Below are positions 1 to 11,008 of a stretch of 64,000 nucleotides of DNA, in pieces. The notes below the pieces were generated by a model, which was given only the letters and a program-made list of their open reading frames with translations, was not told the origin of the DNA and searched no databases. The first letter of the stretch is position 1; each line of letters opens with the position of its first letter. Source of the stretch: Lepidodermella squamata (lineage: Eukaryota > Animalia > Gastrotricha); NCBI GenBank assembly GCA_047495785.1, contig JBLDXI010000021.1, forward strand, positions 2,356,001 through 2,420,000, written 5' to 3'. The position numbers and the translations under genes are program-made.

Positions 1-225
1 GTGTTCTGCTTTCGGCAGTGCTCTCAGAAGCTGGTCATTAATGATTTTAGGACGCACGGAAGATCCAACAGACAGCGATAAATCATTACATAAGACGGGG
101 TAAGTGTTTCGGGCCCTTCTTCTTTCGAGAATTACACTAGTGGTTCGCCAGCTCGGAAGCCCTAGAATTTCGACACTATCTGAGCTGCGGTGCCGCACTT
201 TATGAGCTGACGACAAATTAGTCAT
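1..225 (-). CDS. 5' fragment of a probable adenosine deaminase-family (ADA/ADAL-like amidohydrolase) gene, truncated by the window edge
   Basis: Not in the ORF track. ATG at 225 opens 75 codons to position 1: MTNLSSAHK...KIINDQLLRALPKAEH. 'LPKAEH' resembles the N-terminal LPK(A/V)ELHxH metal-binding strand of adenosine deaminases. An acceptor-like ctcag lies ~35 nt upstream. Confidence 0.5.
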   Translation of the reverse strand, partial: MTNLSSAHKVRHRSSDSVEILGLPSWRTTSVILERRRARNTYPVLCNDLSLSVGSSVRPKIINDQLLRALPKAEH

Positions 226-2580
226 TTTTAAAGAGGACAGCCAGATAAAGAGGACGCCACTGAGTAATTCCAGAGTGGGTTTTATGTACTATGTAAAAGT
301 AGAACCAAAAAGATAAGCGAGAGGTGAGTGCCACTGATTGAATATTGCACGAAATACGCAAATATCACCAACAAGTGTATCAATAACTAAATTGATGGAT
401 TAAAATTGAAAATTGTGAATCGCCGATAAAATGGTGATTAATGGGCAGATGATTTCCTTTCTATCACTCATCATTAATTACAGCTAGCGTCTGACTGTAT
501 CACTGTCAAGCTTCAACCTCCACGTAAACATACCTACATGAATGGTTTCTTCCCTATAGCATGCTGCCGATCACGTATATTCTCACCTAGATTTAATCTC
601 ATTTTACGTCATATTGGGACATTGAGGTGGCTAAGCCAAATGAACAAGATGCCCGCAGCCCGCAGGTAAACGAGTGGGTGAGGACATCACATCGATCACG
701 AGTTTGCAGCATGTTTATCAAACGGTTTTGAGAATCCTAAATGAAATTAATTTCAAATTCAGTCAAGAATGTTGTTTCCAACCAATATTTAAATGGATTA
801 AAAATAATTTTTAAATATTTTTTCAGAGATTACGTCAAATGGGGCCCGCTATAATCATAGTGTTGCAACGAGCCCGTCATTTGACCCAATCTCGTCTCTC
901 ATCCTCTCCCTTCTGACCCCTGCGACTGATGACTGATGACTGGCAACCAAATGAACGATGATTTCACAATTTTACAAAAAATAACACTTTACCTGAATTA
1001 ATTAATGAATCACTCCACCTTTTCGCTTTCGCTGGGGTTATTGACAAGCTATGCAAATCAGTGCGCTATGCTCAATTTGGCACTTGGCAATGATGCTTCA
1101 TATGACTTCTCTTAATCGGGATGATATTTTTGCTACCGCATATAATTTTTTGCATTGAATGATATTGCTAATAAGTTTGGCTATAGCTATGACCTATGAC
1201 ATCCCAAGCATCCGGTGAGCACTAATTTTGCGTCTTGCCTTGTTTATAGCCATTAGCCATTCGCTGCATCATCCCGACTCCCGACTCCAGACTTTGCTCA
1301 TGGGTTTATTGTGTTTATTTATCCTGGGTGAGGGTCAGCAAAGCTTGGCTGAAAATCTGTTGAGTTGGTTTTTTGTTTGATAGCAGGCTAAGAGCTAAGA
1401 GGGCGAAGGGCTGATCGACTTGCGCTTTGGACATTTCCTTTGTCCAAAAGATTCTTTCAACAGGAACGATCTAACTTATAACATGTAAGTATGTTGCGCT
1501 GAAATACTTATATTTTCGAATTTTTGAAGATTTGATATAGTTTATGTTGGCCTTTGCCTTTTTACGTAGCCTTAGGGCTTTTTTACTTGATGTGTCTTCA
1601 AGTGGGGCTCCAGATCATCGATTACTGGGTAGCTTCCTTTGGTAAACGCTGTTACTCTTTCCAGCAATGGTTCCAAATGTGAAATCTCAGTATCCGTTTC
1701 TCATTTTCGCACCTTTGGTCATTTTTTATAGAAATTAGCATTGATTATGATTTGCCGATGAAAGTCTTGCTAGTTAATATCCAGTGTTAACGTGGGCAAT
1801 TAGCGTTTCTTACAGCTTACAGCTACCAGCTACCTATAAATTTAGCTTTCCTGTCTTAAATTCCTGTTAATAGGGATAAATTTGCATTATAATTTGGTAA
1901 TATCATTCCTGGGATCAATTTTAGATTTATTCACCTTGTCGAGAACAATTAAGCACTTCGGTACTGAGTTGCGCTAATGTTCATTTCCTCTTGGGTCAGT
2001 ATCTTAATTGTATTAGTTTGAAATCTAGCTTACGAACCTCGAAATTTATAATAATCACATGGCCTGAGCGGAAAAAAATATTTTTTCCTCAGTGGCGGAT
2101 CGGGTAACTTCATTTTTTGTCCGCCTAATTAGCATTTTTTTGAATTTGCGTTCACGTGCCAGTTGCACTGTTTAAGTGCGAAATATTTCCCGGCTGTCTT
2201 TTGTCTGATAAAAACGCTGGAAGTTGATACATTATTCAAAACCCGATTTGGCATGTAGCCCCGCGTTGAGCTAGCCTGCGCTGTTTTTGGCCGAGTTATA
2301 AAAAAACTAACTTGAAGTTTCACCACACATAACGTGACGTCGTGTGTGTTATGTTCACAATAGGGTATTTGTATTATTCCTAGAAACAGGTTGAAATTAG
2401 GATTGCCTAATACGCGTGATTGCATCAGGGGATTGGCTCGTGTTATCAGATGTGTTTGCGCGAAGGTGTGGGCTGTTTTGGCGTTGAGCCTTTCCTGTCT
2501 GAAAGCTTGCTCTTACGAATTGAGAACATTGTCTATTTTCTCTTTCCAAAAGTTAGATTATTTTTAATTGCTAGTCTTCG

Positions 2581-3946
2581 ATGGCTGACGGCATTTCTGA
2601 AGTTGCAGGCTGGATGGTCCAGGACGGTACTTTCCTGTTCACCTCAGAGTCTGTTGGCGAGGGCCACCCTGACAAACTGTGTGACCAGATCAGTGACGCC
2701 GTTTTGGATGCTATGCTCGCCGTTGACCCGGAAGCGAAAGTTGCTTGCGAAGTTGCTGCCAAATCGAACGAAATTAATGTTTTTGGCGAAGTGACATTTA
2801 ACGGTAGCATAAATAATGCTGTCTAATTATTCTATAGTTTACCGATTATACGTTGTTTCAGGCAAAGCTCACATTGACTTGGAGAAAATCGCCCGCGAAA
2901 CCGTTCGCGAGATCGGTTTTGATGATGCCGAAACTGGCATTGATTACCGGACCTGCCAAGTTCGAGTCCTCGTCGAAGGACAGAGTGGTGAAATTGCTCA
3001 AGCTGTCCATGTCGACAAGGACGATGCCAATCTCGGTGCTGGCGACCAAGGCATGATGTTCGGTTACGCCACCGATGAAACCCCCGAAATGATGCCGCTC
3101 ACCCTGGTTCTGTCTCACCGTCTCAATAAGCGCTTAGCAGATAAGCGCCGCGACGGTACTCTGCCGTGGGCACTGCCTGACACAAAGACCCAGGTGACAA
3201 TCGAATACAAGCCTGATCACGGAGCTGCGGTGCCTGTGCGCGTCACTGCCATTGTCATTTCGACGCAGCACCGCCCGACCGTTACCCTCGACCAGCTCAA
3301 AAAGGACCTGATGGAACATGTCATCAAGCCCGTCGTTCCGGCCAATCTACTCACCGATAAAACCGAGTTCTTCCTCAATCCCAGTGGCTCTTTCATTGTT
3401 GGCGGCCCGAAAGGCGACGCTGGTCTTACCGGTCGTAAAATTATTGTCGACACTTACGGCGGTTGGGGTGCTCATGGCGGTGGTGCTTTCTCTGGTAATT
3501 TACAATCATGATTTTCTTAGTTCAAGTTAAGCCATGATTATTTTCTATCAGGCAAGGACCCATCGAAGGTCGATCGCTCTGCTGCGTATGCTGCTCGCTG
3601 GGCAGCCAAGTCGCTCGTAGCGGCTGGCTTGGCCCGTCGCTGCCTCGTTCAGTTGTCGTACGCCATCGGCCACCCTGAGCCTATCTCGGTGACTGTTTTC
3701 CACTACGGCACTGCCAAGACGGGTCTAACGGCTGCTGATTTGCGTGACGTCCTGCTGAACAACTTCGACTTCCGCCCTGGCCACATTATCCGCGATTTGC
3801 AGCTGCGTCGCCCGATCTACCGTAAAACTGCCTGCTACGGTCACTTCGGCCGCGAAGAGGGTGGTCTGTTCACGTGGGAGGTCCCGAAAGCGCTCAAGAT
3901 CCCCCAATCGTGCATCCACAAAAACGCTACAGCCAAAAGCCAGTAA
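2581..3946 (+). CDS. MAT: S-adenosylmethionine synthetase (methionine adenosyltransferase), 3 coding exons
   Basis: Motifs [73 protein letters not shown] introns 2804-2861 and 3495-3551 restore the frame. Confidence 0.97.
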
Positions 3947-4709
3947 ATGAAGCAATATAAACTGCGATAGATAAATCGAAAGAAATAACGAACTTTGTCT
4001 GTATCTTCCAGGCGGTGCGTTGATGTATAAAAGCTTACAACAAAAATGAATAATTCCACCTCATCAGGTTTCGGATTTTTATATGATACCTTAATATTGC
4101 AACTCGCGAATGATGATTAAGTTCTCCCTTGTTTCTTTTGTTAATATTCTTATTTTGTGTGCGTTTGAGTGCGTTTCATTTTCCCAGAGAGAACGAGATC
4201 CGCCAATTTGTGATCATCTATACGTGGTTAATTTTCGTGTGGTTGATCAAAACATGATTGGTTTACCGCTTTAGTTCACCCATCACCTGCTACAGCCAGT
4301 AGTGATAAAAGAAAGTATATTGTGTAGAGCGGTGCCAACTATGCATAATTTTTTGTTGAGACTTATCATTGCAGTTGTTGTAAAGAGAAACTCTTTTTGC
4401 GTCTAATCTTTATTAAAAAAAACGGTGTGTATAACTAACTGAAATCGTGCGATAAACCATTCCGCTACGTATTATATGGTGAGCCAGGAGTTGGACGTAG
4501 CTTGCTGATATGAGAATCGATGAAGAAGATGATTGGTATTGAGCAATGAAATCTGTTGTGTTGGCTGAAATGGCAATTTACGCCTTGGAAAAAATCCACG
4601 ATTTTTGCTGTAGCTTTTGCGAATAAAATTATATTTTTGTTGAAAATAGGCTTTTATCGATCGCAGTGTCACGTCGGTTTTAAAGTCATTAGTTCGTTTC
4701 TATCGACGC

Positions 4710-6883
4710 ATGTCGGCCGTCGAACTCACCGAGTCGGTTGTCGCCGACCTTCGCACCCGCTGGGCCAACAAGTCGCCAGTCGCCGAGCGGCTATCGTCGA
4801 TGCCGCCGGCTGGCACGAATGGAGAAGACACTTCTAAACGATTGCTGCCAATAGCTGGCGCCCGGAATATTCTGATCACAAGCGCCCTACCATATGTTAA
4901 CAACGTCCCACATTTAGGTTAGACTAGATGATTGAAATAGCTCGCAATTCTATCACCTATCATTTTTAGGTAATATTATTGGATGCGTCCTCTCGGCTGA
5001 CATTTACGCAAGGTTTTGTCGCCTCCGTGGTTACAACACGCTTTACATTTGCGGGACCGATGAGTACGGAACTGCCACGGAGACTAAGGCCCTCGAGGAG
5101 AAGGTGACACCCCGCCAGATCTGTGATAAGTATCACGCGATTCACCGAGATGTGTATTCGTGGTTCAACATCTCTTTCGACTACTTCGGTCGCACCACCA
5201 CGGATAAACAAACAGCGATTTCTCAGGATATTTTCTGGAAATTACACCGGAACGGATTTATCCTGACCGATGCAATCGAGCAGCTGTTTTGCGAGACTTG
5301 CCAGCTGTACCTGGCCGATCGGTTCGTTGAGGGTACATGCCCGTCGTGCAAGTACAACAACGCCCGGGGAGACCAATGCGACGGTTGCGGTAAACTTTGC
5401 AACGCTGTCGAGTTGATTGAACCGCGGTGTAAAGTTTGCGCTAACACGCCACACGCTCGTTCGACCACTCATTTATTCCTGGATTTGCCGAAAATCGAGG
5501 ATAAACTTACCAAGTTCCTCGACCAGTCGACCAGCACGGGTGACTGGACGGACAACGCGAAACTGATTGCGAGGGCGTGGCTGAAAGAAGGTCTCAAGGT
5601 GAGAGAATCGATTAATTTTAAGGTGGAATTTTTAAAAATTCATCATTTCAGCCGCGTTGCATCACTCGTGATTTGAAATGGGGCACTCCATGCCCGTTGG
5701 AAGGATTTACTGACAAGGTTTTCTACGTGTGGTTTGATGCGCCGATCGGTTACATTTCGATCACGGCCAACTACACTGAACACTGGGAGAAATGGTGGAA
5801 GAACCCGAACGAAGTTCAACTATACAATTTCATGGCCAAGGACAATGTGCCATTCCATAGCATTATTTTCCCGTCATCGCTGCTAGGCGCTGATGATGGG
5901 TTTACTCTAGTCAACCACCTGGTCGCCACTGAGTACTTGAATTACGAGGAGGGCAAGTTCTCGAAGAGCCGTGGCGTCGGCGTCTTCGGCACCGATGTCC
6001 AGTCCACCGGCATCCCGAATGACTACTGGCGTTTCTACCTTCTGTACATTCGACCTGAAAGTTCCGATGCCACTTTCAACTGGGGCGATTTCGCCACCAA
6101 GGTCAACTCGGAGCTGCTCGCCAATCTTGGCAATTTCATCAACCGAGCCCTGGCGATGTGTGAGAAAACTTGGGGCGGAGTTGTGCCTGACTTGGCTGAA
6201 CTGACTACCCGCGATCTCGAGGCGCTCAGTCAAATCGAGGCTGAGGTCGGCAATTACGTTGACAGTCTCGAAAAGTCGAAGCTAAAGGACGGCATTCAGT
6301 CGATTTTATCAATTTCCCGCGTCGGAAACGGCTTCATGCAAATCAATGAGCCTTGGAAACTCCTCAAAGGTGATTTTAAAAATCATTTACTCGGGAAAAT
6401 ATCTCAACGTTATGTTAATTAGGATCTGATGAGGATAAAAATCGAGCTGCTACGGTTATTGGTGTTGCATGTAACATGGTTGCCATTTTGGCGACTCTCC
6501 TCGAGCCGTACATGCCCGACACGGCGAAAACCATTCGCAGCCAGTTGGGCATTGAAGATGTAGATCTCTCTTTCAAGCTGACGCCGCCGCTTGGCCGGCT
6601 GCTGCCTGCCGGGCACAAAATCGGCAAACCGGCGCCGCTGTTCCAGAAAATCGAGGATGCGCAGTGCGCCCAGTTCCGCGCCAAATTCGGCGGCGCCGAG
6701 GCTGCGGCGGCTTTCTCGGCAGCTCTCGCCGCCCCTGCGCCCGGCGCCAAGGGCGGGAAGCCGGGCAAACAACAGGGTGGCGAAAAAGCCCCGAAGCAAG
6801 AAAAGAAGCCGAAGCCTCCAAAGGAGCCAAAGGAGAAGAAAGACGACGCTGCTCAGCCTCAACAAAGTGCGGAGGCAAAGTGA
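4710..6883 (+). CDS. MARS1: Cytoplasmic methionyl-tRNA synthetase, 4 exons
   Basis: [16 protein letters not shown] (HIGH-type), Zn knuckle CxxC motifs, [15 protein letters not shown]. Introns 4918-4969, 5599-5651, 6370-6422. Confidence 0.97.
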
Positions 6884-7351
6884 AATGAGAACATTCCTGT
6901 TAGTGTGTGTGCAAAGTTCGACAGTTTATTCTTGCGCCTCGTTGAAACGAGTTCCGAGAGCACATCAGCTGGGCTTTAATGTAATAGTCTAATCTTATTC
7001 TTATGAGCATCGGTGACTTGACTGTTTGTGTGATTGTGAACTCAAATAAATAAAGTGAAGATAGCATTCCAATAAATGAGTTTTGGATTGTTTTCGCCGA
7101 GGGCAATCGCACGATGTTGTTTACCGTTCGGTTGCGGATGATTGATTTTGTTGATTAATCCGGCACAAGCAGCAAGTGCCGGCCCAGTTTTAATTAATGA
7201 CCGCATTATGGGTTTTTTACCGGTTCGAATAATCAATGTAGGAATTTTCCGAAATGGCTTTGTTTTTGGGGCTAGTACAGAAATATCATGTGCCATGTTG
7301 TGGCAGATAGAAAAGACTAGTCCAAGTTTTGCATTCTCTGTCTTTCGAAAA

Positions 7352-8364
7352 ATGAATGCCGGAGTCAAGTTACTGGTCGCTCTTTTTAGTTGCATAATTC
7401 TACCGCATGCAGTCGATGGAATTGTCTGCTACGAAGGGCTTCACACGGAACTCGCCTCGGGCGATGTTAAGTTCCGCTGGCACAATGTTACGGATGGCTG
7501 CTCAGCTTGTTTGAGTCTCAGCATAATTCAAACCGATATTTTCGGCGACCTCATGAAGCAAGTTTTCATTCGTCGAAATCACAAAATTATTCATTTCATT
7601 TAAACAGAATCGTCCACCAGTCTTGCGATTCGACAGGGCGAACCTGTTTGCAAATCAACTGCTTTGTAAGGAAAATGTTAAGATCTATGCGAAAAATTAG
7701 CTGAACACTTTTTTTTTAGTACAATGAAAAGACATTTCCAGCCGATGTCAAGATACAGGATGATTCGTCTCAGCAGTGCTCTTGCTGCACCACGAATTTC
7801 TGCAATCACGACAACGGAAAAACATCTCCACGATTCACTAGTATATCGATATTTTTATTCATTAATAAATTTTCCCACTTATTTTTTCTATATAAGAACC
7901 TCCGCCTTGTTTGTCGAGCGACGCCGAAGAACAGGATCCGTCTTGCGTCGGCTGTGTAACCGAAAGAAATATTACTTGGGATAGAACGATACTGTAATGC
8001 GAATTTTTTGTTATTTATTCTCCATTAAGGATAATCGCTGTTTTTCTTTTCGCTTTTCATGTGCTATAGAACGCGGAAGATGTGCTTATCTGACGGCTGC
8101 GCGGATTTCGCCAAGATGTGCGCCAACATCGACCATTGCGACACTATCAACAACGAGCAGTGCTCTTGCACCTGCAGTGTCAATTTTCCGCACAACAACT
8201 CGATTTCACGCCATCGAAGTGTTAGCAATCTCGAAAAAGTGCCCGTGATTTACCTTTTATCTGCCGCCGGTCGAATCAGTCCTATTTCCGCATGGCTCGC
8301 CTCTGTTAGTACCTTAACAGTTTTTCTGAGACTTTTCTGCAAAACTCTAGAAAATGATGATTAG
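7352..8364 (+). CDS. Secreted, probably GPI-anchored Ly6/uPAR (three-finger) protein with a second Cys-rich module, 5 exons
   Basis: Signal peptide MNAGVKLLVALFSCIILPHAVDG followed by IVCYEG. The spliced product gives CSAC, C..C..C and the CCTTNFCN Ly6 terminal signature, then a second Cys-rich unit and a hydrophobic C-tail. Introns 7558-7607 (GC-AG), 7666-7719, ~7841-7896, 7994-8069. Confidence 0.7.
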
Positions 8365-11008
8365 CGCAGGAAATAGTTTTATCTCTCAAATCAAGATTTC
8401 ATGCATCTGCTATCAGGTTTTATTTTTATTTACTCACATCATCTATGCGAGTTTGTATACTAATCGAGCAATAAAACTATTTCTGGACGGAAGCTTGGCC
8501 CAAAGGCGCATTATATATATTATCGCATGTTATAGCCGTTGCGGGCGCAGTTGCGGGCGACAGATGTGCGGGAGGGAATATAAAACAATTTTTTGCCGAA
8601 AAACAAAGCATAGGTTATATTTTGACCACCCCCGATCGTTATTGTTATGGAAGACCCCCTCATTGCACTTGCCTATATGTTATCGAATATACCAAAGTTT
8701 TATGACGGCACTCAATCATGTAAAAACAACATAGATTATTGTGATTTCGGGCTATAAAGAGGAATTACAATTTAGCCTAGATAGAATTTTCGCCACGAGT
8801 GGTTCATTTTATACCACTCAGACAATATGATATTGCCCAAAAATGTTACCGTCTTGACCAAGCCGTTGTTCAGCACGCTCTTGTAAAAGAAAAAAATCGA
8901 CTCGTTGTCAGACTGAAACCTCTTTCTGAGAAAATGATACATTCATGACAAGTGAGTAGGATCTTCATAATAAGATGTCTCCACTTCAGAGTTTCATGCC
9001 GTCATTTTTTCCGGCGTAAGCCTGCAACCCTTTACTGCCGCAATGCTATATAGCTTGTCTAGCGTATTATTACCTTGTTTCAAGTTTTATTGCGCACGCC
9101 GTGTTTTTTCTGCGGCCCGGCTTGATGACGGCTGATGTTTTTTCATGACTCAAGAGATTTGATTAGCGCAACTCGGTAGCGAATATTGCTTTTTTTTATT
9201 CAATTCAGTGTATTTGCGGTGCGCGCGCTCTTCGAGGCGGCTCGTTATATCGCCACCCTGTTGCATTATAACCTACAACCGCAAAAAGCGCATCTTAATC
9301 GCGGCTAGTTTTTTGCGCTCGTCATGATGCTCCTCGCCCAACATCTCGTATAATTTGGTTTCTTCGAAAAACCTTTCAGCGTGTGAAAAAATATTTATTT
9401 ATTTTGAATAAAATACTCTCTTTATAATAGCTTGTTGTTTTTTGGCATTTACGTTGCGCTGAGGCTGGCTCACTGTTCAAGGCGATGTGCGCAAGGTTTT
9501 TCAACGGATGATGGGCTTTCAGTCAAAGTTATAGACACTTTCTGTAACACATATTCGAAGAGTATATAGCCGGAAGAGTAAAGCGATACGAGAAATGATG
9601 ATGCCTTTTCAAGTTTTTATGCTCGACGCTGTTGAAAGCACTAGACAGTTTAAAGCGCCAGTGCTCTTTTCTATTTAGTTGCTGTAGTGTGAGAAAATCG
9701 CAATATTATTTTGCAATTAAGTAGTTAACGCGTTTTATTAGGGCTATTTTTCTATATAATAATAAGTCAGCTTCTCGGCAATTTCTGCATACTTCCTTCT
9801 ATTCAGAATCATTTATCAAGTCTGAGAAATCGCACCGGAGACACGCGCATCCAACCTTTCGACAGGAAATAGCGCGGCTGCGTTATGTTTCAGTATATAT
9901 AATGACGTTTCGATGATTCTTGCATTTTTAGGACGGAATAAAAAAGTAATTGAAATGCGCTAAATAGTCGCTGCTCACCTATTTATTGCCTTGACACTCT
10001 TTGATCTTACGGAAAATTAATTACGCTATTTTCTGTATTTCATCTCAGAGCCATTAAGAGTGACAGAAACGCCCATTAAGAAGTTAGAAGTGCCCGCTCA
10101 CGCAACGGAGCTGCTACTCTAAAATACAGAAAACAAAGGGCTGTGTGGTTTTTAGGTCAACCGCACCTTTTAGCGCGCGTTCAATTTCCTTCCCGCGGCA
10201 ATATTTTACGCGCACTATTTTCGATGGTGCCAGATCGTGTTTTGCTGACCAGAGGACCACAACAGACTTCCTTATTCGGAATGAATTCAAGTACGAGCAG
10301 CATAGTACATTAGAGCCGATCGCACGGTTGCTAGCTCTCGAGACGCTTTTTTCCATTTCCAAGGGCGTTACGCTTGAGCCGCCTTGAAAAATTCGATTAC
10401 CGTCGTACATGCTGATGAATGGATCGGGTGCGCGCTTTTTCCGAACAAATTATTTGTCTGCAGTTATTTCAAAAACTGACCGCTTTTTACTATGATGACT
10501 GAATTTGTTTAGAAATGCCTGCTGCGATAATGATGTTCACAAACACAAAACATTCACGCTATTTAAATATTTCATGTCAAGCTTCACCAGTGACCACACG
10601 CAAGCCTATAACGGCGTGTTTTATGGCCGCACCCCGCCGAAATTTCAGGTCATGCGGCGACAAGTTACACTCGCTGCGATCATCTATTGTATCGATTTGC
10701 CTGCCTGTGAAAGCCAACAACTGCTTATTAGTATACAGCCGGCAATAAATCGCGTATTATGCACGCGCTGATAACACGCGCCTTTCCCATCGGGCCCCAG
10801 CAGATTTTGAGCGCGTCTAGCCGCAAAAAAGACACCACTAATAATAGTGCCACCGCATTTCGAATTGCGCGCCGCTAAATCAAAAAAAGCGCATTTACCC
10901 GGTCTTAAATTTTTCTGATGCTTATTATAGGCGATTGTTTTCTACAAAAATAGTGCTCTCTAGTACGAGCAGAACAATATATTCATCAGAGGCAATGTGT
11001 GTGGTCAA

